Below, in pieces: positions 1 through 8,360 of a DNA stretch of 64,000 nt (the stretch's first letter is position 1; every line of letters begins with the position of its first letter). Position numbers and translations under genes: made by a program. The notes beneath the pieces are model-generated. The model was given only the letters and a program-made list of their open reading frames with translations, was not told the origin of the DNA and did no database searches. The stretch covers positions 7,847 through 71,846 of the IMG/VR virus record IMGVR_UViG_3300027965_000004; one strand, 5' to 3'. Source of the stretch: a virus.

Positions 1-399
1 GCCCTGGTTGAGCCGTTCCTGATGTCGATGTCCCAAAGTGGCAGCAACGGCGACCGCTTGCGCCCGGCCACGAAACCGATGCCCACGGTGACGACCGCGG
101 ATGATCTGGCTGTGGTGGAACCATTCCTGGTGAAGTACAACGGCCAGGGCGGCGGCCCGCGGAGCGTGGACGAGCCCCTCGACACCATCAGCACGCGCGA
201 CCGCTTCGGCCTGGTCGAGACCGGCCGACCCGTGCTCGACATCCTCTTCCGAATGCTCCAGCCCCACGAGTTGGCGCGAGCCATGAGTTTCCCCGCGGGG
301 TACAAGTTCGCGGGCAACCGGGAAGATCGCGTCCGCCAGATCGGCAACGCCGTGGCCGGGCGGATCGCCGAGGCGCTGTGCTGGGCGGTGCTGGAGTGA
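1..399 (+). CDS. DNA cytosine (C5) methyltransferase, C-terminal part (truncated by window)
   Basis: C5-MTase motifs IX/X: RMLQPHELARAMSFP...VRQIGNAV. Confidence 0.85.
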   Translation, partial: ALVEPFLMSMSQSGSNGDRLRPATKPMPTVTTADDLAVVEPFLVKYNGQGGGPRSVDEPLDTISTRDRFGLVETGRPVLDILFRMLQPHELARAMSFPAGYKFAGNREDRVRQIGNAVAGRIAEALCWAVLE

Positions 400-406
400 G
401 GCCCAT

Positions 407-718
407 ATGATCGACATGGATCAACGAAGCGCTTACCGCGAGCAGTGCCGCCGCCACCGCGCGGAGCGGAAAGAGGGCTGGCGCCGCGAGATCCGCGCCA
501 CCAAGGATGCCGCGGCGGTCTTCCGCCGCGTCCTCAAAGAGAGGATCGACCCGCGCGGCTACTACCTGCCGCGGCACGCCCCGCTGCTCTCCGGGCGGGG
601 CGACGAGGTGCTGGAAGACCTGTGGGAAGTGGCCGCGGAGCTGGGGATGCTGGCTACGCTACTGGCGGTGTGGGGCCGACTGGAGCGGCAATGGGAGACC
701 TACGGCAGCCTTGATTGA
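407..718 (+). CDS. hypothetical protein
   Basis: ORF tightly follows the MTase on the same strand. Confidence 0.55.
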   Translation: MIDMDQRSAYREQCRRHRAERKEGWRREIRATKDAAAVFRRVLKERIDPRGYYLPRHAPLLSGRGDEVLEDLWEVAAELGMLATLLAVWGRLERQWETYGSLD

Positions 719-778
719 CGCTGCCGGATCGCAGAAACCCTGTGTTACTCAGTTCTGGCATCATAAGGAGAATAAATC

Positions 779-1219
779 ATGGAAATCTGCAAGCGTCTGC
801 GCATCACGCGCCACGATCACGACCCGTACCTGGAGCGTTTCATCATCTTCCGTTGCCGCTGGTTCGGCATCTACCTGCACCGTTTCGTCGTCCGAGCCGA
901 CGAATGCCTGCACGACCATCCCTGGCCGTTCGTGTCGGTCATCCTCCGCGGCGGTTATTTCGAGCACACCGGCGACGGCTTCCGCGAGGCGTGGGGCGGC
1001 GGTCAACACCAGTGGGTGAGCGTCCGCCGGCGCTGGCACGGGCCGTTGTCAGTCCTCTTCCGCCGGGCGGAACACGCCCACCGCATCGAACTCGCCGGGG
1101 ACGGTCGGCCCACATGGAGTTTGGTCGTGATCGGCCCCAGGCGGCGGACGTGGGGGTTCTTTACGCGCCTCGGTTGGCTGCGGTGGACACAATACCGTTA
1201 TGCGGAACACTGCTCATGA
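779..1219 (+). CDS. conserved phage cupin-like protein
   Basis: IYLHRF...LHDHPWPFVSVILRGGYFE motif; AAGGAG RBS. Confidence 0.75.
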   Translation: MEICKRLRITRHDHDPYLERFIIFRCRWFGIYLHRFVVRADECLHDHPWPFVSVILRGGYFEHTGDGFREAWGGGQHQWVSVRRRWHGPLSVLFRRAEHAHRIELAGDGRPTWSLVVIGPRRRTWGFFTRLGWLRWTQYRYAEHCS

Positions 1220-1488
1220 GCGAGCGTGAACGCCACGGCCTCATTGAAGTCCCCGACCGCCGCGGCCGGCCGCTGACGTGTCTGGCCTGGTCGAGCGGCG
1301 CGGGTGCCGCGGCCGAGGGCACCGACCTGGCCGGCGTGGCCCGGACCTTGAGCGACCAGGACCTGGCGTTTTGGGCGGCGCGCTTCCGCGAGTTGCCGGG
1401 ATTGGAGTACCTGATCCTGGAGGCCGAGCAGGACCGGCGCGGGGCGGACCGGTGGGCGGGACCTTTATTCTGGAGGGATCATGGCTGA
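1216..1488 (+). CDS. hypothetical protein
   Basis: ATGA overlap with the upstream gene; MSERERHGLIEVP... Confidence 0.55.
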   Translation: MSERERHGLIEVPDRRGRPLTCLAWSSGAGAAAEGTDLAGVARTLSDQDLAFWAARFRELPGLEYLILEAEQDRRGADRWAGPLFWRDHG

Positions 1489-2410
1489 GAACACGAAAAT
1501 CCAGTGGACCGATCACACCTTCAACCCGTGGCGGGGATGCACCAAGGTCTCGCCGGGTTGCCAGCACTGCTACGCCGAGACGCAGGCCGCCCGTAATCCG
1601 AAGGTTCTCGGCGTCTGGGGTCCACAAGGGACGCGGCCAGTGGCGTCAGAAAGCTACTGGCGGCAGCCTCTGAAATGGAACCGGGAGGCACAAGTGGAGG
1701 GGCGCCGCCATCGGGTCTTCTGCGCGTCGCTCGCCGACGTGTTCGAGGACCGTCCGGAGTTGGCCAAGCCCCGGGAAAGACTCCTACGCCTGATCGCCAA
1801 CACGCCCGCCCTGGATTGGCAGCTCCTCACCAAGCGGCCCAAGAACATGCGCAATCCGCTCTTCGTGTTGCCCTCGTGGCTACTCGAATGGCCGCCCCAC
1901 GTCTGGGCGATGGCAAGCATCGAGAACCAAGAGTATGCCGACCACCGCATCCCAGAGCTGTTGAAGGTGCCGGCCCGCATCCGGGGGTTGAGTGTCGAGC
2001 CGCTGTTGGGGCCGGTGGACCTCACGGAGTATCTCACTGAGAAGCCGGGTTTCTCCGTCAACACCTTGGTCCGCTTTTATCGCAATCCGGATGGTTCTCC
2101 GACGACATTCAACGAACGCGGCGACGGCAAGCTGTATGACCGCGTGGTAAAGAGGCCGGCGCCACTGCACTGGGTCATCATCGGCGGCGAGTCCGGCCCA
2201 CACGCCCGGCCCTGCCGGGTCGAATGGATACGGGACCTCGTCCGGCAGTGTCAGCAGGCCGGCGTGGCCTGTTTCGTCAAGCAGCTCGGCAGCAACTTCC
2301 AGGGGCTCACCCTGGAACAGTCGGTGCGCATCTTCGACCCTAAGGTCGGCGATCCCGAGGAGTGGCCCGAGGACCTGCGCGTCCGTCAATTTCCCGACAC
2401 GGAGGTATGA
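1481..2410 (+). CDS. phage Gp37/Gp68 (DUF5131) family protein
   Basis: TKIQWTDHTFNPWRGCTKVSPGCQHCYAE, LLTKRP, SVEPLLG, WVIIGGESG. Confidence 0.92.
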   Translation: MAENTKIQWTDHTFNPWRGCTKVSPGCQHCYAETQAARNPKVLGVWGPQGTRPVASESYWRQPLKWNREAQVEGRRHRVFCASLADVFEDRPELAKPRERLLRLIANTPALDWQLLTKRPKNMRNPLFVLPSWLLEWPPHVWAMASIENQEYADHRIPELLKVPARIRGLSVEPLLGPVDLTEYLTEKPGFSVNTLVRFYRNPDGSPTTFNERGDGKLYDRVVKRPAPLHWVIIGGESGPHARPCRVEWIRDLVRQCQQAGVACFVKQLGSNFQGLTLEQSVRIFDPKVGDPEEWPEDLRVRQFPDTEV

Positions 2411-2413
2411 CGC

Positions 2414-4141
2414 ATGACCAAGCTGCGAATCGCCGACGGCCTCTCCCTGCCCCTGGACGCGGTAACGCAGTCCTTCGGCGTACTGGCGAAAAGGGGCGCC
2501 GGAAAGTCTTATTTAGCGTCCGTGCTGGCCGAGGAGATGCTGAAGGCCGGCCAGCAGATCCTCGCCATCGACCCGACCGGCGCCTGGCACGGTCTGCGCA
2601 GCTCCGCGGACGGCAAAGGGCCGGGGTTCCCGGTGGTGATTCTCGGCGGCGAGCACGGCGACGTGCCGCTGGAGGAGTCGGCCGGCGAGGTGATCGCCAC
2701 GGCCGTCGTGCGGCATCGCTTCCCCGCCGTCCTGGACCTGTCCCTTTTCCGCAAGGGCCAGCTGATCCGCTTCATGGTGACGTTCGCCGAGACGCTCTAC
2801 CGCCTCAACCGGGAGGCCGTCCACCTGTTCGTGGACGAGGCCGACGCCGTGGCCCCCCAGGGGCGCACCTACGGCGGCGACGAAAACCGGATGTTGGGCG
2901 CCATGGAGGACATCGTCAGGCGCGGCCGCAAGCGCGGCATCGGCTGCACGCTCATCACCCAGCGCCCCGCGGTCATTAACAAGAACGTGCTCACCCAATG
3001 CGAGAGCCTCTTCGCCCTGCGCATGGTCCACCCGAAGGATATTGACGCCATCGGCGAATGGGTCAACGTCCACGCCGACCCGGGCGAGGCCCAGGCGGTC
3101 ATCGCCAGCCTGCCCAGCCTGCCCGTGGGCACGGCCTGGTTCTGGTCGCCGGGCTGGATGGGGACGCTCCAGCAAATCGAGGTCCGCCGGCGCGAGACGT
3201 TCGACAGCGGCGCCACCCCCAAGCCCGGGGAAACCGTGCGGGCGCCGCGCGGCCGGGCGGAGATCGACCTGGATGCTCTCGGCGAACAGATCAAGGCCAC
3301 CGTCGAGAACGCGAAGGAGAGCGACCCGCGTGAGCTGCGCCGCCGGATCGCCGAGCTGGAACGGCAGCTGCGGGAGCGGCCGGCCGCGGAGCCCGTGCGC
3401 GTCGAGGTGCCGGTATTGAATGACGGCCAATTGGAGCGGCTCCAGCTCCAGGTGGCCGCCCTGGCGGAAGCCGGCGCGCGGCTGACGGGCTTGGCCGATG
3501 AGCTTCGTGCGGATATTGCCCGCGCCACGACAAAACCCGTGTCCAAGATGCCGAGCCCCATGCCGCGGCCAAACCCGGGCGGGGCAACAACTTCAGGCAG
3601 GGGTGTCCATCATACCGACACCCTTATACGCGGCGATATACGTGGCGCCAGCGACCTATCCGGCCCGGAGCAACGCATCCTCGATGAACTCGCCGAGTTG
3701 GAAGCCATCGGCGTTCCCGTGCCCGACAAGGTGCAACTGGCCCTCTTCTGCGGCTACACCAACGCCCGCTCGGGCGGCTTCAGCGAGCCCCTGGGGGCGC
3801 TGGTCAAAAAGGGGCTGGCCAGCTACCCGCGGGCCGGACGTGTGTCCCTGACCGACGCGGGCCGCGCCGCCGCCCAGGCCCCGGGCGCGGTGCGCACGAC
3901 CGAAGACCTGCACACGCGCGTGCTGGGCAAGCTGGACGGCCCCCGGGCGCGCATCCTCCGCGAGCTGATCGCCGCCTATCCGGCGGACGTGGACAAGACG
4001 GAGTTGGCGGCCCGGCTGGGCTACGGCAACCCGCGCTCGGGCGGGTTCACGGAACCGCTGGGCAGCCTGCGCAGCCTCGGCCTGATCCACTACCCGGCGC
4101 CGGGCCGGGTGGCGGCGCTGCCGGTGTTGTTCCTGGAATGA
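2414..4141 (+). CDS. HerA/DUF87-like P-loop ATPase with two C-terminal winged-helix repeats
   Basis: Walker A AKRGAGKS, Walker B LFVDEAD, RGRKRG, ITQRP; duplicated GYxNxRSGGFxEPLG helices. Confidence 0.85.
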   Translation: MTKLRIADGLSLPLDAVTQSFGVLAKRGAGKSYLASVLAEEMLKAGQQILAIDPTGAWHGLRSSADGKGPGFPVVILGGEHGDVPLEESAGEVIATAVVRHRFPAVLDLSLFRKGQLIRFMVTFAETLYRLNREAVHLFVDEADAVAPQGRTYGGDENRMLGAMEDIVRRGRKRGIGCTLITQRPAVINKNVLTQCESLFALRMVHPKDIDAIGEWVNVHADPGEAQAVIASLPSLPVGTAWFWSPGWMGTLQQIEVRRRETFDSGATPKPGETVRAPRGRAEIDLDALGEQIKATVENAKESDPRELRRRIAELERQLRERPAAEPVRVEVPVLNDGQLERLQLQVAALAEAGARLTGLADELRADIARATTKPVSKMPSPMPRPNPGGATTSGRGVHHTDTLIRGDIRGASDLSGPEQRILDELAELEAIGVPVPDKVQLALFCGYTNARSGGFSEPLGALVKKGLASYPRAGRVSLTDAGRAAAQAPGAVRTTEDLHTRVLGKLDGPRARILRELIAAYPADVDKTELAARLGYGNPRSGGFTEPLGSLRSLGLIHYPAPGRVAALPVLFLE

Positions 4142-4623
4142 TGTCGATGCTTGACAGAATGCGTGCCCCTTGTCGCCACTGCCAAAGGCGGGTCGCGAGT
4201 AGGCCCCGTGGGCTTTGCGGGGTCTGTTACCAGGACTTGGACGTGCGACTGCTCTACCCGCTTGCGCCCGGCCTGGTCCGGCGCGGCGCCATGGCCCGGA
4301 ACCACATTCCTCCGTTGCCCGAAGCGCCGACCAGCGCCAAACCAGGGACCGAGGAAAAACTTGCCGTGCTCGCCGAACGAGCCCGTCGCGGCGAGAGCCT
4401 GTTTCACCCGGCCGATTATTCGGGGCGGGACGGTAAGACGGTTTGGGACCCGACGCGACAGTTGCCCAGGTATCGGCCCTGGACGGATGAGGATGTCGCC
4501 TTGCTCCAGCGGTTGCAGGCGGACGGCGTGCCGATCCGGCAGATTGCCGGGCGGCTCGGTCGGTCCATCGGGGCCGTGTACGGCCAACTCTGCCGTCTCC
4601 ATCGCGGGCGGGATGTCGTTTAA
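4138..4623 (+). CDS. Cys-rich N-terminus plus C-terminal HTH protein
   Basis: CxxC..CxxC; WTDEDVALL...IRQIAGRLGRSIGAV. Confidence 0.65.
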   Translation: MMSMLDRMRAPCRHCQRRVASRPRGLCGVCYQDLDVRLLYPLAPGLVRRGAMARNHIPPLPEAPTSAKPGTEEKLAVLAERARRGESLFHPADYSGRDGKTVWDPTRQLPRYRPWTDEDVALLQRLQADGVPIRQIAGRLGRSIGAVYGQLCRLHRGRDVV

Positions 4624-4646
4624 TCAGTCTTTTCGGACACCTGTTC

Positions 4647-4877
4647 ATGGATACATGGGTTGCACCGCTGCTGTTCTTTGCCGGTCACTGGCTGGCCGTC
4701 GGTTGTGTCTTCGCGGCCTGGTTCCACTGGCGGATGGGGCTGGCGAAGCCGCGCACGCCGCGGGACTGGCTGGCCATCGGATGGGTGGTTGTCCTCTGGG
4801 CCGGCGTGGTGATCGTCCTGACGGACGAGGGCGCGAAGAAGATCAGGGACGAGATGCGCCGATCGCGCACGCTTTGA
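4647..4877 (+). CDS. small membrane protein
   Basis: two hydrophobic segments. Confidence 0.55.
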   Translation: MDTWVAPLLFFAGHWLAVGCVFAAWFHWRMGLAKPRTPRDWLAIGWVVVLWAGVVIVLTDEGAKKIRDEMRRSRTL

Positions 4878-4890
4878 CCCGTCCGGGTCC

Positions 4891-4921
4891 GCTCAACCGC
4901 CCCCCTTCCCCGTGGTATCCT
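4891..4921 (+). promoter_or_regulatory. phage promoter class B (GCTCAACCGC-N15-TATCCT)
   Basis: identical 10-mer and spacing at 24651, 27879 and 39220. Confidence 0.7.
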
Positions 4922-4971
4922 GGTCCGCGTCGCGCCCGTGTCGCGTTTGTCCTGCCGGCCTGGGTACTCCG

Positions 4972-5247
4972 ATGGAATCCCGCTTCTGCGCTTTCTGCCG
5001 ATCGTCGCAACCCGTCCGCCTCAACCGCACGCAGGTCCGTTGTGGCCGGTGTGGCGCCTTCCTGGCCCGACACCGGGGCGGCAAGGTCCTGGCCGGACCG
5101 CCGCGTGTGACGCCGCCCGTGCCGGCGCCCCTCCCCGGGGAAGAAGCGGCCGACGCGGGCGCGGACCCCAAGCCGAAGCGGGGCGGGTTCTGGGGCCGGT
5201 TGGGTGCCTGGGGCGCGGCCAAGGCGTTCGCCCGACGCTTCCGGTGA
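4972..5247 (+). CDS. Zn-ribbon hypothetical protein
   Basis: CAFC...CGRCG. Confidence 0.55.
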   Translation: MESRFCAFCRSSQPVRLNRTQVRCGRCGAFLARHRGGKVLAGPPRVTPPVPAPLPGEEAADAGADPKPKRGGFWGRLGAWGAAKAFARRFR

Positions 5248-5251
5248 TCCC

Positions 5252-5659
5252 ATGTCCCGGTCCCGTTCCCCGTCCCGGCCCTTGTGCGAGTGCGGCCGGC
5301 CGGCGCTGGCCCTGGGCCGCGTGCGTGCCCGCTCCAGCCGCCAGACCCGGGCCCGCGTCCCCGTTCATCTCAAGGGGCATGACTACTGCCTGGCGTGCTA
5401 CCGCCGGATGCTGGACGGCTACGACGCTGGCCGCTTGCCACCGAGAATCTGCATGGACCTCGACAACATTTTCACCTACCACCCGCCGACCGCCGAGGAC
5501 TTGGCCCGTTACGATGCCATCCGGGACGCGGCCAAGGAGTTCGCCCGCGTGCTGCTGGCCAACACGCCGCGGTGTGCCGATCAAACGGCCGCGGTGCGTA
5601 AGGTCCGCGAGGCTGTGATGACCGCCAACGCCGCCGTCGCGCTCAAGGGTGTCGTTTAA
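5252..5659 (+). CDS. Acb2/Tad1-like helical hairpin domain protein (domain 5453-5659; possible internal start at 5453)
   Basis: NIFTYHPPT...RYDAIRDAAKEFA...VREAVMTANAAVA resembles the Acb2/Tad1 hairpin family. Confidence 0.65.
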   Translation: MSRSRSPSRPLCECGRPALALGRVRARSSRQTRARVPVHLKGHDYCLACYRRMLDGYDAGRLPPRICMDLDNIFTYHPPTAEDLARYDAIRDAAKEFARVLLANTPRCADQTAAVRKVREAVMTANAAVALKGVV

Positions 5660-5671
5660 CCTCTCCGTTTT

Positions 5672-6514
5672 ATGCCGCGCCGTCGTCTCCCCGTCTGGTT
5701 CCGCGAGCACGAGGCCGCCGCCCTGGTGGCCGCGGCGCGGAGCGACCGCGACCGGCTGCTGGTGATGGTGGGCCTCTACTGCGGGCTGCGGGTCAGCGAG
5801 ATCGTGGGGCTGGAAATCCCCGACGTCGACCTGGACACGGCCGGCCTGATGGTCCGCCACGGCAAAGGCGACAAGGACCGGATGGTGCCGATCCCGGCCG
5901 GGCTCTTGGCCGCGCTCGCGGCCTGGATCGGCGGCCGGCGCATCGGCTACCTCTTCCCCGCCGAAAAAGGGGACGGCCATTTGTCCGTCCGGACCGTGCA
6001 ACGGGTGCTGAAGCGTGCCGGCAAGGCGGCCGGGCTGCCGAATTGGCAGGTGCCGCGCAAGTGTACCCCGCACAAGCTCCGGCACACGTATGCCACGACG
6101 CTCTTGAACGAGGCCGGGGCCAACATCCGCGAGCTTCAGCAGTTGCTCGGTCATTCCAGCGTGGCCACGACCGAGGTATACGCCCACGTGATCCCCGGCC
6201 GGTTCAAGGGGCTGGTGGACCGACTCGACTTTGGGACGAAAGCGACACCGCCACCGGCCCCGACCCCCGTACCCCCCGACCAATCCGACACCGGAGAACC
6301 CCCCGCATGTCCGCCATCCTCCGTACCGACTTCGACGCCCCCGCCGACCCCTCCCCTGATGAAGCCGGCAGCAGTGCCGGACCCGGCGACGGCGATGCTC
6401 CCGGAACCAAACCCGCATACCTCCAGGGATTCGCCCCCCTCGCCAACCTCGCCCAGATGTGCAACGAATTCCACGACGCCGGCTATGAGCCCATCCACTA
6501 CACTCCCGCCGTGA
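5672..6514 (+). CDS. XerC/D-like tyrosine recombinase (catalytic domain only, Pro-rich tail)
   Basis: GLRVSE, GKGDKDR, HKLRHTYAT, LLGHSS, VYAH. Confidence 0.9.
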   Translation: MPRRRLPVWFREHEAAALVAAARSDRDRLLVMVGLYCGLRVSEIVGLEIPDVDLDTAGLMVRHGKGDKDRMVPIPAGLLAALAAWIGGRRIGYLFPAEKGDGHLSVRTVQRVLKRAGKAAGLPNWQVPRKCTPHKLRHTYATTLLNEAGANIRELQQLLGHSSVATTEVYAHVIPGRFKGLVDRLDFGTKATPPPAPTPVPPDQSDTGEPPACPPSSVPTSTPPPTPPLMKPAAVPDPATAMLPEPNPHTSRDSPPSPTSPRCATNSTTPAMSPSTTLPP

Positions 6515-6639
6515 TGCCCGCCGGCCAGGTCGTGAGGCCGGACGGTCAGGCGCCCGCGGTGCCGGGGCAGCTGGTGCTGTTCCGGCTGCGGGGCGGGGAG
6601 ACTGAGGCGGCGGCCGGCTGTTGCCGGGTGGCCGCATGA
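6307..6639 (+). CDS. hypothetical protein (overlaps recombinase tail)
   Basis: GGAGA RBS; ends in ATGA overlap with the MTase. Confidence 0.5.
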   Translation: MSAILRTDFDAPADPSPDEAGSSAGPGDGDAPGTKPAYLQGFAPLANLAQMCNEFHDAGYEPIHYTPAVMPAGQVVRPDGQAPAVPGQLVLFRLRGGETEAAAGCCRVAA

Positions 6640-7616
6640 ACGCCGACGCGCGCTTGATTCGCGGGGACTGCTTGAAGGTGCTGCCCACGTTGGGGGTAGG
6701 ATCGGTGGATGCCGTCGTGACCGATCCGCCCTATGGCCTGAAATTCATGGGCCAGAATTGGGATCATGGCATTCCCGGCGTGTCATTTTGGTCGGCGACC
6801 TTCCGGGTGCTGAAGCCCGGCGGCTACCTCTTGGCCTTTGGCGGCCCGCGGACCTTCCATCGGCTGGCCAGCGCCATCGAGGACGCCGGATTCGTAATTC
6901 AGGATACGCTTTGTTGGCTTTACGGCACCGGTTTTCCCAAGCACAAGAGCAAGCTCAAGCCAGCTTGGGAGCCGATCATCATGGCCTGGAAGCCGGCACC
7001 AAGGGCAACGCCGTTGAACATTGACGAGTGCCGAGTTGCCGGGCCCGGGTGGAGTAAGCAAGACGGGCCATCCGGCGCAGGATGCAAGACAGGAAAGTTC
7101 ATGGGCGTGGTTGGCCTCGGTGAGCCCACCCAGGCTAACGGCTTTCGGCGGTCAACGTCTGGCCGCTGGCCTGCTAACGTGGTCTTGGATGACGAGGCAG
7201 CACGGTTGCTGGATGAGCAGAGCGGGGAGCGGAAGAGCGGCGGCAAGTCTGGCGCGAGCTACTTTCAGGCTACCAAGGCTGTCAACTGCTACGGCGATGG
7301 TCTGTGCGGTGCCACACCACGATTTAGCGACACCGGCGGCGCCTCGCGCTTCTTCTACTGTGCCAAAGCTTCTCGGCGCGACCGTGGCGAAGGCAACACC
7401 CACCCGACCGTGAAGCCTGCCCGGCTCCTCGAATGGCTGATCCGCCTGGTGAGCCGGAAGGGTGGTTTGATCCTGGACCCATTCATGGGCAGCGGCACTA
7501 CCGGAGTCGCCTGCCGCCAGGCCGGCCGCCGCTTCCTCGGCATCGAAAAGGACCCCGCTTACTTCGCGATTTGCGAACAACGCATTGCCGAGGCACAAGC
7601 GGCACTGGCAGCCTGA
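6636..7616 (+). CDS. DNA N6-adenine/N4-cytosine methyltransferase (beta class)
   Basis: VVTDPPY, HPTVKP, LDPFMGSGTT. Confidence 0.92.
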   Translation: MNADARLIRGDCLKVLPTLGVGSVDAVVTDPPYGLKFMGQNWDHGIPGVSFWSATFRVLKPGGYLLAFGGPRTFHRLASAIEDAGFVIQDTLCWLYGTGFPKHKSKLKPAWEPIIMAWKPAPRATPLNIDECRVAGPGWSKQDGPSGAGCKTGKFMGVVGLGEPTQANGFRRSTSGRWPANVVLDDEAARLLDEQSGERKSGGKSGASYFQATKAVNCYGDGLCGATPRFSDTGGASRFFYCAKASRRDRGEGNTHPTVKPARLLEWLIRLVSRKGGLILDPFMGSGTTGVACRQAGRRFLGIEKDPAYFAICEQRIAEAQAALAA

Positions 7617-7664
7617 GCGGGGCAAAAGCGACAGAATGTCGCCGGACTGGAGACATCGTGAGAC

Positions 7665-8360
7665 ATGGCCGGTAGCAAGAAAAAGCGACAGCAGCCCCAG
7701 GGACAGCACCGCGACGGCTCCGGCCTGACCCCCAAGCAGGCTCGTTTTGTCACGGAATACTTGTTAGACCTCAACGCCACGCAAGCCGCGATCCGGGCGG
7801 GGTTTAGCGCCAAAGCGGCCCATGTCCAGGGCGCGCGGATGCTAAGGAATGCTAAGGTCCGCGCCGCCATCGATCGCGCCCAGGCCGAGCGCGCCGGCCG
7901 TGTCCGGATCGAAGCCGATCGGGTCCTGCAAGAGATCGCCACCCTGGCCTTTAGCGACATCGGCCAGGTCCTGGACTTCACCGGGGACGTGCCCCGGCTC
8001 CGGCCGGCGCAGGAGATCCCCGAGGCGGCCCGCCGCGCCATCAGCGCCGTCAAGACGCGGCGGTACACCGAGGGGCGCGGGGAGGATGCCCGCGAGGTTG
8101 AGGTTGTTGAGTTCAAGCTGTGGGACAAACTCGGCTCCCTCCGCGACCTCGGCCGGCACCTCAAGCTCTTTACCGACCAGCACGAGCACAAGGTTTCCGT
8201 GGACTTGAGCGGGTTATCCGATGAGCAGCTGCTACAACTCGAAACCCTCCTTCGCGCTGCCGAGTCTGGCGGAGGTTCAGGCGGAGATCGCGCGACGCAA
8301 GCCGCTGTGGCGGCCGTTCCCGGGTCCGCAGACGGAAGCGTACCTGAGCCCGGCGGATGA
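7665..8360 (+). CDS. terS: terminase small subunit
   Basis: LTPKQARFVTEYLLDLNATQAAIRAGFS; KLWDK. Confidence 0.92.
   Translation: MAGSKKKRQQPQGQHRDGSGLTPKQARFVTEYLLDLNATQAAIRAGFSAKAAHVQGARMLRNAKVRAAIDRAQAERAGRVRIEADRVLQEIATLAFSDIGQVLDFTGDVPRLRPAQEIPEAARRAISAVKTRRYTEGRGEDAREVEVVEFKLWDKLGSLRDLGRHLKLFTDQHEHKVSVDLSGLSDEQLLQLETLLRAAESGGGSGGDRATQAAVAAVPGSADGSVPEPGG

Noticed and set aside
8221-8360. terS-terL frameshift fusion
   Set aside because: terL has its own ATG, and such overlaps are common.
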